Shown one piece after another: positions 1 to 8,165 of a stretch of DNA of 43,636 bases. The notes below the pieces were generated by a model, which saw nothing but the letters and a program-made list of their open reading frames with translations, was not told the origin of the DNA and did no database searches. This stretch comes from a virus. A program made the translations under genes and the position numbers. The stretch spans positions 1-43,636 of IMG/VR virus record IMGVR_UViG_3300034069_000547. One strand, written 5' to 3'. Within the stretch, counting starts at the first letter, position 1. Each line of letters starts with the position of its first letter.

Positions 1-141
1 CAGAGTTGACGGCTGAACCGCTGTTGCCGCCTGCGCCTGAACAGCCTGCACCTGCGCTTGAAGACCCGCGACATCGGTCGGAGTAGCAGGTAGCGTCACT
101 GCGCCCGGCTCGGCCGGCGGACCTCGATACGACTGCGCTAA
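1..141. repeat. Terminal direct repeat, left copy (exact match to 43496..43636)
   Basis: Compared base by base: 1..141 is identical to the last 141 nt of the window. This is the signature of a circular or circularly permuted genome written out with an overlap. Confidence 0.97.
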
Positions 142-189
142 TGCCGGGCAGGCTGTGATCAGCGTCAGACAGGTAAGCAATGCACGCAT
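1..189 (-). CDS. 5' part of junction-spanning exported protein/lipoprotein gene (continues 43495..43088 once the duplicated 141 bp is removed)
   Basis: ATG at 189..187 overlaps the TGA of the upstream esterase gene (TGATG). Translation MRALLTCLTLITACPALAQSYRGPPAEPGA runs in frame into the GTG at 99 (=43594), where the ORF track begins. Confidence 0.6.
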   Translation of the reverse strand, partial: MRALLTCLTLITACPALAQSYRGPPAEPGAVTLPATPTDVAGLQAQVQAVQAQAATAVQPSTL

Positions 190-1526
190 CACAGAACCTT
201 TCGTGCCCAAGGACGACGGACTTTGAAGGTAAAGCTGCCGGCCCCGGTGCAGTAGGCCCGCGTGAACCAGTTGGCGCCGGTTACGGTGCCAGTCGGCGCT
301 GTAACCACTGGCGTTACATGGACCGCGGTATAACCGCCGGGGATCGTGCCGTAGTTCGTGCCGACATCGGGCAGCATGTCGTAGACGACGTTCGTGCCGT
401 TCGCGGAAGCGATGTTCATGTACGTCGTCACGCCCGCCAGCCCCGTCGCGCCGCTCGCGACGCTTACTTCCGCGCCAGCCTGCGCCTGCGTCGTGCCGCC
501 GGTGAAGTCCGTCGCGGTCATGCCCGCTTGAACGTAGACCGATTGCGGGGCGGTAGGCGTCGCGGCCGATGTGCAGGTTACGGCCAGCGTGACCTCGTTG
601 CCCTCGGCTGCGCCGGTGATGTCGGTGGTGGTCGACGCCCCGGTCGAGACGGTGACGGTGGCTGCACCGGTCGCGGTGACGGTAAAACCGTTGGGAACCG
701 TGCCGGTTGCTCCGGTTCCCAGCGTGCCGCCGGTCGCGTTGTAGAACATCGCGTTGCCGAGCAGCGCGCTTGACCCAAATCCGCGGCTTTCCGTCGCGAC
801 AGTCGATTGCGTCGGAAGCGCCGGGATCAAGTATTGGATGAGCTGCGCGTAAGCGACGCCCTCCCAATAGCTGCCGAGCAGGTTCGCATGCAGCCCCTCG
901 TTGCTGTAGCCGGTCTTCCACGCGATCGTGCCGCTGTTCGCGTGTTGCAGCACCGTGTCGGACGGGTCGAACAGCACCGCGCCCGGCGTCGCTGCGACGA
1001 ATTGGCGCAGGCGCTGGTTCAGGTCGTTGAGGTAGCCGATCTGCGTGGTGGTGAAGGCCGACGATCCCGTATCGATTGAGATAATCGGCCGCGTGCCCTG
1101 TGCGAGAGCCGCGCGAGCCATTGTGACGATGTTGGCGTAGGGCGTGGCGTCGGTGCTGCCGCCCCCGATGTCGTTCACGCCGAGCGTGATCTGAAGAAAG
1201 GCCGGTCGCGTCGCCAGCGCTGCGGGTAGTCGCGCCAGAGCCTGCGTGCTGGTATCACCCGACACGCCGAAATCATAAACCGCCGTCAGACGATGGCCGG
1301 AGAGCGCGTTGCCGAAATTGACGAAGCTGCGTGCCGAGTAGTTGTTGCAGGCCGGATAGTCTTGGCAGATCGACTGGATGCGGCTGTCGCCGATTGCCGC
1401 CAGCGTGTTGCCGACGATGAAACCGGGAACGGCCGCTGGCTGCGCGATGATGGGATAAGTCTGCGCCTCTGCGGGCAGGACGCTCACCAGCAGCAAGATA
1501 GCGAGTAGGCTGCGGATCAGACGCAT
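189..1526 (-). CDS. Exported SGNH/GDSL-family esterase with Thr/Gly/Ala-rich C-terminal domain (445 aa from internal ATG)
   Basis: ATG at 1526 gives MRLIRSLLAILLLVSVLPAEA/QTYP, a signal peptide with an AxA site. SGNH blocks are present: IGDSRI, GVSGDT, LGVNDIGGG, EGLHAN. The upstream gene stops 5 nt before this ATG. Confidence 0.75.
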   Translation of the reverse strand: MRLIRSLLAILLLVSVLPAEAQTYPIIAQPAAVPGFIVGNTLAAIGDSRIQSICQDYPACNNYSARSFVNFGNALSGHRLTAVYDFGVSGDTSTQALARLPAALATRPAFLQITLGVNDIGGGSTDATPYANIVTMARAALAQGTRPIISIDTGSSAFTTTQIGYLNDLNQRLRQFVAATPGAVLFDPSDTVLQHANSGTIAWKTGYSNEGLHANLLGSYWEGVAYAQLIQYLIPALPTQSTVATESRGFGSSALLGNAMFYNATGGTLGTGATGTVPNGFTVTATGAATVTVSTGASTTTDITGAAEGNEVTLAVTCTSAATPTAPQSVYVQAGMTATDFTGGTTQAQAGAEVSVASGATGLAGVTTYMNIASANGTNVVYDMLPDVGTNYGTIPGGYTAVHVTPVVTAPTGTVTGANWFTRAYCTGAGSFTFKVRRPWARKVL

Positions 1527-1531
1527 GATGG

Positions 1532-1900
1532 TCACCCCAGATTCGCGTAGGTGCCGGTGGCTGTGGCGCTGTTCACCTGCGTCACCGAGAATGGCAGAAT
1601 TGTCAGCCCGATGGCGAGGGGGACCACATTGGTCGAGCCGCCCGAAAGGGTCAGTGAGACATTGCCCGCTGCGGTGCAGACCGCCTGCCATCCGCGGCCA
1701 GCCGGATAGGCCGTTCCGACCGTCATCGCCGTCGCGGTGGTGTATGGACCTGACGACGAGCCGCTGGAACCACCCGTGCCCACCGGAGCGCCGGTAGTGT
1801 CGATCGCTACCGATGCTGCCGCGAAAGCGGTTGTCCCGTCCGCCAGTGGAATCGGATAAACGGCCTCATAGCCTCCGCTCGGTTCGCGTTGCAGTGCCAT
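1532..1900 (-). CDS. Hypothetical structural protein (122 aa, Gly/Thr/Ala-rich)
   Basis: AGGAGG SD 6 nt upstream of the ATG at 1900. Tightly packed in the late operon after the capsid genes. Confidence 0.6.
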   Translation of the reverse strand: MALQREPSGGYEAVYPIPLADGTTAFAAASVAIDTTGAPVGTGGSSGSSSGPYTTATAMTVGTAYPAGRGWQAVCTAAGNVSLTLSGGSTNVVPLAIGLTILPFSVTQVNSATATGTYANLG

Positions 1901-1915
1901 GAGGCCGCCTCCTGA

Positions 1916-2239
1916 TTAAAGCGCCGGTTCTTGCGCCGCGCGAATCGCGGTGAGCAGGGCCGCTTTGTCCTTCTCAATGCCCACGGTGGGCACGTTCTTG
2001 GTCGCGGCCAGCGCGAGCAGTGCAGACAGGTCGAGGTTATCTAGCGTCGCGTCCGCCGGCACCTCCTGCGTCGCCGCGTCGATCGCTGCGCGCTGCTTGT
2101 CATCGACCGGCGTCCAGTTGTCGTTCGGGTCGGCATCCGTCACGAACACATCGCCGGGATTGTGATACTGCCCGGCAGTATAGACCGCTTCGGGCGAGGT
2201 GTAGGCGGTCGGGCCGCTGGGCTTCTTCTTGGCTGCCAT
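1916..2239 (-). CDS. Hypothetical head-associated protein with C-terminal HeH/SAP-like helix pair
   Basis: 107 aa. The C-terminus LSALLALAATKNVPTVGIEKDKAALLTAI resembles the Rho-N/HeH motif often found next to phage capsid genes. Function assigned by position only. Confidence 0.5.
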   Translation of the reverse strand: MAAKKKPSGPTAYTSPEAVYTAGQYHNPGDVFVTDADPNDNWTPVDDKQRAAIDAATQEVPADATLDNLDLSALLALAATKNVPTVGIEKDKAALLTAIRAAQEPAL

Positions 2240-2248
2240 GATGTCCTC

Positions 2249-2692
2249 CTACAGGATCGAGTTGGTCTGGTTCGACTCGACGAACCCAGCCGTGATCTGT
2301 CCAGTCGTCGGTGCCGTGCCTGTGACGGTGTAGAGCAGGCGATGGTACCGGCGATTGGCATCGACCGGCACGCTGTCAGGCAGGATATATCCGCCACCCG
2401 TCTGCGTCTGCGCCAGCGTGTAGGTCGGCGAGGTGAACACTGTCGTCAGGTTCTGCGAGAACGCCGCATCGTCCGCCACCTGGTAGCTGACCTGCAAACC
2501 GGTTAGGTTGTTGAATGACTGCACGACACGAATGGCGAGCGGGATTGGCTCGCCCTTGCCGAGATCGCGGCGAAGCTGGGCAGCCGCGCCGTAAACCGTG
2601 CCGGGGTTACCGGTGTCGATGATGTTTGTGCTCGCGGTCGTGGCGGTGATCGCCTGACGATCGGAGAACAGTTCGGTGCGATCGAAGATCAT
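2249..2692 (-). CDS. Capsid-associated protein (possible decoration/cement protein)
   Basis: 147 aa, immediately downstream of the major capsid gene with an SD (GGAGCG). Function inferred from position only. Confidence 0.45.
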   Translation of the reverse strand: MIFDRTELFSDRQAITATTASTNIIDTGNPGTVYGAAAQLRRDLGKGEPIPLAIRVVQSFNNLTGLQVSYQVADDAAFSQNLTTVFTSPTYTLAQTQTGGGYILPDSVPVDANRRYHRLLYTVTGTAPTTGQITAGFVESNQTNSIL

Positions 2693-2704
2693 GCCAGTCG
2701 CTCC

Positions 2705-3742
2705 TTAAACGGCCGCCACAACGCGGGCTTCCGCGCTGATGAGGCTGTCGGTTTCGCGGATCGGAATCTGCTTGTAGGTCTGGATTTCCTTGCCAGCGAT
2801 CTCGTCCGGGGTGAGCCGGATGAAGTTGTCCGACGAGCCCTTGTTGACCGACAGGCCTTCCAGCGCTTCGAGGATCAGACGGTTGGCGTAGATGACCGTG
2901 CGCCCGCCCGACACCATGCCGCCGTTGCCGATCTTCATGTTCCGGCGCGTCTGGAGCTTGTAGTAAGCCGAGCGCATGAACTTGTAGAGATCGACGGTGC
3001 CTGCCTGGAGCGCGGCCGTCGAGATGTTCGCGATGCGCGCGTTGAAGCGCCAGTCACCGACGCGGCAGCCGAGATGCTGACGGAACATCTCTTCCTTGGC
3101 GTAGTAGGGATTGCCGAGATCATCGAGCACGCGCTGGCGGCCCATGTCATTGCGGCTCACGCCCGCGGTCGTGCCCTCGGGGTAGATCAGCGAGGTCTGG
3201 TTGGCGCCCCAGGTGATAATCCAGATGCTGTTGTTATCGGAACCGGTGCCGCCCGCGTCGACGATCTGGTTGCCCGCGCCGTAGCTGCCGATCGCGCCGT
3301 AACGCGCCGCGACGCCCTTGAAGCGCTCGGGCGTGGTGGCGGTGTCGGCATAGAAGAAGTTCGTCGTCGCTTCCTGCGACATCGACTCCAGAAAAGGCTC
3401 GGCTTCGCTCATGCGAACCGCGGCCGGGTTCTTGCTCAGCTCAAGCAGTCGCTCGTCGACCGTGGACAAGCCCTCGAAGAAGCCGGTCGTGTCATCGACC
3501 TGCGTGGTGGTCGACTTACCCTGCGGAATGCCCTGATAGAGCTTGCCCCACGTCACCTGCGGCAGGCCGGTGCGGATGTTGGAGCGATGCTTGGTGCCCT
3601 GATTGCACTCGATCATCACCGCGTCCTCCATGAGAGGATTGAGGATGTTGAGCGCCTCGATGACGGGCACGATGTTGCGCTGGTTGTCTGAACGCTTGTA
3701 AACGTCGGCTAGGCCGAGAAAGCTGTTTCCGATGGTAGCCAT
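2705..3742 (-). CDS. Major capsid protein
   Basis: 345 aa, directly after the scaffold gene, with a GGAGG SD. Size and order (portal, scaffold, capsid) are typical of HK97-fold capsid genes. No motif-level proof by eye. Confidence 0.7.
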   Translation of the reverse strand: MATIGNSFLGLADVYKRSDNQRNIVPVIEALNILNPLMEDAVMIECNQGTKHRSNIRTGLPQVTWGKLYQGIPQGKSTTTQVDDTTGFFEGLSTVDERLLELSKNPAAVRMSEAEPFLESMSQEATTNFFYADTATTPERFKGVAARYGAIGSYGAGNQIVDAGGTGSDNNSIWIITWGANQTSLIYPEGTTAGVSRNDMGRQRVLDDLGNPYYAKEEMFRQHLGCRVGDWRFNARIANISTAALQAGTVDLYKFMRSAYYKLQTRRNMKIGNGGMVSGGRTVIYANRLILEALEGLSVNKGSSDNFIRLTPDEIAGKEIQTYKQIPIRETDSLISAEARVVAAV

Positions 3743-3745
3743 GTG

Positions 3746-3776
3746 GCCTCCGATTGCGCGGAGGCACTAGGCCTCC
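3746..3776 (-). promoter_or_regulatory. Two mutually exclusive hairpins at the scaffold/capsid junction; one sequesters the capsid SD
   Basis: GCCTCCG (3746-3752) pairs with CGGAGGC (3759-3765). Alternatively GGAGGC (3760-3765) pairs with GCCTCC (3771-3776). The reverse complement of 3746-3751 is the GGAGGC SD of the capsid gene. Confidence 0.5.
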
Positions 3777-3779
3777 AGG

Positions 3780-4706
3780 TTAGCGGCGAATGTCGTCGGG
3801 ATAGAGCAGCGCCGCTGCGTCCTGGGTCGGCTGAGAACCGACCGGAGCGCCGGGGCGCGCTGCGGGCGGAGGAAATTTGGCTGCGCGGACGGGGACCATC
3901 TTCGCCTGCATCAGCTTACGGTACTTTTCGGCATCAGCCTTCCAGCCGTGAGCTTGCTTGAGCGCGAGGATGTCAGCCGCGTTCGCGGAGTTCATCGCCT
4001 CCTGCGAATATCCGAGTTCTGCCGCGATGGGCTGCAACGTCGTTAGCAGCTTCGCACGCTCCGATGGGTCGGACCATTCGGGTATCTTCTCGGCAAGCAC
4101 AGCGTGTTCACGCTGGATCGCCTCTTGCTGTTCTTGCTGCTCAAGGAGAGTCGCCTGTCGTGCGGCTTCCTGAGCCTCACGCTGCGCGGTGTCGCGCTGG
4201 GCGTAACTGGCACGATACGCCGCATCCTGCTGCATGTAAAGAGTCTGATCGTTCGGATTGCCGGAATACAGCAAGCGCTGATCGGGCGGCTGCACCTCGA
4301 ACTGCTGAGCGTACTTGCCGAGCTGTTCCGCGTGGTTGCGCTGGAGCTGCAACAGGATCTGGCGCGCCTCGCCCTCGACCGTCTGCCGGGTGGTCGCAGC
4401 CTCGCGCGACTTGGCCTGCACGAACTGCTCGCGCTGCTTCTCGCGCTCCACGATGATCTGTTGTGCCTCGGGCGGCAGTTTGCCGAACACCTCCTTGGCG
4501 TCCTTCGCCCACGACACCGGCGCTTCAACGGGCTCGGGAGCCTCGTCCGGTGCTTCCTCGCCCTCGGGCTTTTCTTCCTGCTCGGGCTCGGGCTGCGCGT
4601 CGTCGGCCGGCGTCTGATCACCGTACATCATGTCGACGGCGTCGGGCTCGGGCTGCGCGTCGGCCGCAGGAGCGTCGGTGATCGTGTCGGGGGCGGTGGC
4701 CATCAT
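3780..4706 (-). CDS. Scaffolding protein
   Basis: Acidic Pro/Glu-rich N-terminus, then Gln/Glu/Ala coiled-coil-like repeats (LLEQQEQQEAIQRE). Lies between portal and capsid. The ATGATG at 4706 is preceded by AAGGA. Confidence 0.7.
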   Translation of the reverse strand: MMATAPDTITDAPAADAQPEPDAVDMMYGDQTPADDAQPEPEQEEKPEGEEAPDEAPEPVEAPVSWAKDAKEVFGKLPPEAQQIIVEREKQREQFVQAKSREAATTRQTVEGEARQILLQLQRNHAEQLGKYAQQFEVQPPDQRLLYSGNPNDQTLYMQQDAAYRASYAQRDTAQREAQEAARQATLLEQQEQQEAIQREHAVLAEKIPEWSDPSERAKLLTTLQPIAAELGYSQEAMNSANAADILALKQAHGWKADAEKYRKLMQAKMVPVRAAKFPPPAARPGAPVGSQPTQDAAALLYPDDIRR

Positions 4707-4707
4707 C

Positions 4708-4914
4708 TTATCCTTCGACAAAGGCAGAAAGTTGCTCGCCGGCTGCGATTGCCTCGGCGACCGACCAGCCAATTCCGACCAAGGCGACTATATGCGGAAC
4801 GATGTCGGCGCGGCGGCGCGATCTTTCTTCTCTGCGCATTTGCTCCTCCCACTGAGGATCGACACTGACTTGCGCCGTCTGCGCTTGTGCTGCGATTGCT
4901 TCGTCGGCCATCAT
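4708..4914 (-). CDS. Hypothetical small protein (68 aa)
   Basis: Strong SD (TAGGAGGAAATGATG). Its stop abuts the scaffold start. Confidence 0.6.
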   Translation of the reverse strand: MMADEAIAAQAQTAQVSVDPQWEEQMRREERSRRRADIVPHIVALVGIGWSVAEAIAAGEQLSAFVEG

Positions 4915-4920
4915 TTCCTC

Positions 4921-5064
4921 CTAGAATGGACGCCAGAGGCGTTTTCGGATGCGGTGCTGCTGCTGTTGGCGCTTGTCCTCATCGTCGCGCTGGCGCTGTT
5001 CGGCAGGCGTTTCGACGCGCTGGGCGGCCACGAGGCGGGCGTAAGCGTCATCAGCGGCGCTCAT
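4921..5064 (-). CDS. Hypothetical small basic/acidic protein (47 aa, not in ORF track)
   Basis: ATGA overlap with the stop of 5061..5381. Hand translation: MSAADDAYARLVAAQRVETPAEQRQRDDEDKRQQQQHRIRKRLWRPF. It fills an otherwise empty 147-bp gap. Confidence 0.5.
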   Translation of the reverse strand: MSAADDAYARLVAAQRVETPAEQRQRDDEDKRQQQQHRIRKRLWRPF

Positions 5065-5381
5065 GCCGGCGCGTACTGCGCATACCGGCGCTGCTCGGCA
5101 GGCAAGCGGGCGATGTCAGCGGCTCGGGAAGCGTCGGCACGCGCCATCTGGCCATCCGCAACCAGCGCCTCGATCTGCGCCTCGACCTCGTTGGCGACCT
5201 TCACCGCCAACGCCAGCTTCTCGCACGCCTTGAGGTTGTCGCCGCACATTGGGCGAGTCAGCAGCTCGGTCAGCTTGGCCATGTAATCGGCGCGGGCGAC
5301 ATCGAACGCAGGTGACAGGAAAGCGGTAAGAGCGGCCGACGCCTGTTCGGCGCGCGCCATGCGGGCGGCTTCGTCACTCAT
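5061..5381 (-). CDS. Hypothetical protein (106 aa)
   Basis: ATGA overlap with the upstream gene, same-strand operon context. Confidence 0.6.
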   Translation of the reverse strand: MSDEAARMARAEQASAALTAFLSPAFDVARADYMAKLTELLTRPMCGDNLKACEKLALAVKVANEVEAQIEALVADGQMARADASRAADIARLPAEQRRYAQYAPA

Positions 5382-5641
5382 GACGATGCCCGAAGAAAAG
5401 CAGGTATCTCTGGCAGGTCGCTCTGCTCGTCCAAGACGGCCAGCGCGTCCATCTCGTCAGATAGCGCTTCCTGCTGCACCATCTTGTTGACGACCGCGAG
5501 CACTAGCCGGGCATCAGGCTCGAACTTTTGCCAATCGCGCTCGACGATCTCGGCCAGCCATTCGGGCTTCGGGGCACGCATGTTCTTCGCGTGGTGCGCC
5601 AGTGCGATTGCTCGCGCGACCTGCTCAAGCATGTCACTCAT
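5378..5641 (-). CDS. Hypothetical protein (87 aa)
   Basis: ATGA overlap with the portal gene stop. Confidence 0.6.
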   Translation of the reverse strand: MSDMLEQVARAIALAHHAKNMRAPKPEWLAEIVERDWQKFEPDARLVLAVVNKMVQQEALSDEMDALAVLDEQSDLPEIPAFLRASS

Positions 5642-7869
5642 TCCGCCAGACTCCCCCCAGGCCGATAACCCGGCAGATCATCGCCGCCCGCTGGCTCGCG
5701 CTGCTGCTGTTCCTGCCGCTTCAACTCGAACTCGCGCTCCATGCGCTGCTGAGCGAGCAACCATTCACGATCGGCCGTTTGCTGGGCGAGACGCGCTTCC
5801 TCGGCAGCCTTGGCGTGCGCCAGATCGGCGTCCAGCCCGGCCTTCTCGCGCTTGGCCTGCAAGTCGAACTCGTTCTGCTGGCCTTTGAGCGCCTGTGACG
5901 CCTGCTGCTCCTGCTGCTGCAACTGCAAGCGGGCCATCGCCTGCTCGTGCGCCTGTGCATCCTTGGCCTGCTGCGTCTGACCATCGACCTGCGCCTTCGC
6001 CGTCTCCGGATCAGGCTTCGGCTCAGGCGGCGGCAGGGTAGACGGATCAATGACGTACTGCGCCGGATCACCGAGCCCGCTATCCTGAACGAAGCCACGC
6101 GTGTTTTCGTAAATCTGCTGGTCGCTGAACACGCGCGAGCCGCCTGCGACCGCGTTCTGCATGATCTGGAACAGCGCATTGCGCGCGGCGATCTTCTGAT
6201 CCTTGCTGCCCGTGCCGATGCCAACGTTGATCGTCACGTCCATCTCGTCAGGCCAGCGACGCGGATCGATCGTCTGGTATTTGCCCTCAATCTTCATGCG
6301 GAAGGGCTGACCGTAGCGTCGCATTAGGCGATACCGCTTGGCGAAGATGCTCGCTACGATCATCTCGGCAAAGTTACGCGTGATGTAGAGTTCGATCTGC
6401 TGCGCGTTGGCTTGCAGCATCGCCATGCCGCTCGCCGTCTTGTTCATCGTGTCCGGGTTGAGGCCCTGCGACTGTCGCGTGATGCCGGTGCGGCTCTCCC
6501 GCTCGGCACTCATCATTTCCATGGCCTGAAATGCCGTGGTCGATGTATCGCGCTGCTCAAGCGGCTGGGGCGCGTTGTTTTTGTACCGAATTAGGCCGCC
6601 GGGACGCACGTTCAGCAGATCGTCGATCGTGTCTGGCGTCAAACTACCTTCGTCCACCAGCGTCCGCGGGACATTGGCGAGGTACTGGCTGTCGAGCCCC
6701 TGACGCAGCAGCACCGACCGAATGCGCTGGATGTCCATCGTCTTGTCGGCGGTGGAATCGCCTACCAAGCGGTGCTGCGACGGGAATGGCGACCACAGCG
6801 AATAGGGCTGCTCGTCGATCGGCTCGACCCGAAGGACGGTGTTGCCGATGCGATGTACGAACAGCCGCTCGGCAATGCCGTCGCCGTCCAAGTCGTACAG
6901 CGGATATTCCTCGGCCAGCCATAGCTGCCGGTTGGCTCCGGTTCGGTTGCCGACGCTCAAGCGCGTCTGGCTGCGGTCATAGTCGCGGGTGCGCTCAATA
7001 ACCGTGTCAGCCGTGCCGTTGCCCCAGATCGCGTCCAGATCGCTCAGGTCGTAGCCCAGCGCGATCATCTCGCCCTTGGTCGTCGGACGATACTCGCCGA
7101 CGTAGATCGCATCGTCTAGGTCGATGGCGTCGAGCGCGACCCGGAAATACTCGTTCGGCACGGCAACGTCGCGAAACACGGGCGGCTGGGGGTGAGCGAC
7201 GGTTATCCGCGCCATCGGCATGTGGATCGGCTGGCCAAGCACGTCCTGCCCGACCTCAAGCGCGAACGGCTCGCCCGCGATGACCTGAGCCCCGGCGTGG
7301 GTGCTGTTCCCGTCCGCGTCCTGCTCAACCTCACCGGCTGGCACTTCGCGCACCTCATGCACGGCCGGCTGCGGCTCGGCGAACGTCTTGATGATGCCAG
7401 TCTTCTCGATCTGCCCGGCTTTCAGGCAGTCGTGAAGGATGCGGTAGCCCTTCTGCTTGCGGAAGAACTGGTATCGAACGGCCGCGGTCGCCTGCTCGCC
7501 GTAATCAGCCATAACCGGGCGGGTAAGAGGCTGACCGTCTGGACCTGCCGCTGGCTGCCCATTCGGCCCCATGATCGGCTCGCTGACAGGCTGGCCGTTC
7601 TCGTCAGTCTCGGGCTCCGGTTCCGTCTCGAACTCTACCGCTTTGCCGCTGGCGAGGATCGTGTTGAGAATGCCAACCTGCATGAAGTCGACGACTTCTG
7701 CGGTATCGCGCGTCGTGGCCTGACTGCGCCCCTCGACCTCGTCGCCGTAAGGCTGGCCCTGGTAGAACCGCAGCGCAACGGCGCGCCGATCCTCCAGCGT
7801 GGTGTCAATACCGCGCTCCTGCTCGGTGCGCAGGAAATTGACGAACTCGGCGGGGGCGTCAACGGACAT
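5638..7869 (-). CDS. Portal protein
   Basis: 743 aa, downstream of the large terminase. The C-terminal ~120 aa form a Gln/Ala/Glu-rich coiled coil, reminiscent of the barrel of P22-type portals. Confidence 0.75.
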   Translation of the reverse strand: MSVDAPAEFVNFLRTEQERGIDTTLEDRRAVALRFYQGQPYGDEVEGRSQATTRDTAEVVDFMQVGILNTILASGKAVEFETEPEPETDENGQPVSEPIMGPNGQPAAGPDGQPLTRPVMADYGEQATAAVRYQFFRKQKGYRILHDCLKAGQIEKTGIIKTFAEPQPAVHEVREVPAGEVEQDADGNSTHAGAQVIAGEPFALEVGQDVLGQPIHMPMARITVAHPQPPVFRDVAVPNEYFRVALDAIDLDDAIYVGEYRPTTKGEMIALGYDLSDLDAIWGNGTADTVIERTRDYDRSQTRLSVGNRTGANRQLWLAEEYPLYDLDGDGIAERLFVHRIGNTVLRVEPIDEQPYSLWSPFPSQHRLVGDSTADKTMDIQRIRSVLLRQGLDSQYLANVPRTLVDEGSLTPDTIDDLLNVRPGGLIRYKNNAPQPLEQRDTSTTAFQAMEMMSAERESRTGITRQSQGLNPDTMNKTASGMAMLQANAQQIELYITRNFAEMIVASIFAKRYRLMRRYGQPFRMKIEGKYQTIDPRRWPDEMDVTINVGIGTGSKDQKIAARNALFQIMQNAVAGGSRVFSDQQIYENTRGFVQDSGLGDPAQYVIDPSTLPPPEPKPDPETAKAQVDGQTQQAKDAQAHEQAMARLQLQQQEQQASQALKGQQNEFDLQAKREKAGLDADLAHAKAAEEARLAQQTADREWLLAQQRMEREFELKRQEQQQREPAGGDDLPGYRPGGSLAE

Positions 7870-7958
7870 GGCGACCGCTCCCCCTATCCACGTACCAAAC
7901 GATCATCGTTCCATCAGCGCGATGAAGGCAGTATCTCACCAGATCTTGAGGGCGCTGA

Positions 7959-8165
7959 TCAGCGAGCATGGATCGACCTTTCGCAACGCGAGGCGACTAG
8001 CGACGGTGCATCCGCCTCCGCATCGGTTACGGGCCATGCCGACCGAGTACGCTTGCCGCGCAGCGACCAGCCTAATGCCCAACCGAAGCGTCCAAAGGGG
8101 GCGAGAAGGCCGTTAGGGCATACAGCTTGGCGTGGCTCGCCTTCGGGCCAGATCACCTTGCGCAT
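7959..8165 (-). CDS. Possible small gene (68 aa) in the terminase-portal gap
   Basis: The ATG at 8165 overlaps the TerL TAA by 1 nt (TAATG). Translation starts MRKVIWPEGEPRQ.... No recognisable motif. Confidence 0.35.
   Translation of the reverse strand: MRKVIWPEGEPRQAVCPNGLLAPFGRFGWALGWSLRGKRTRSAWPVTDAEADAPSLVASRCERSIHAR

Noticed and set aside
1-141. Interpreting the 141-bp repeat as genuine T7-like direct terminal repeats
   Set aside because: The repeat is entirely coding, and a gene would be split at the ends. An assembly overlap of a circular or permuted genome is more parsimonious. Not excluded without read data.
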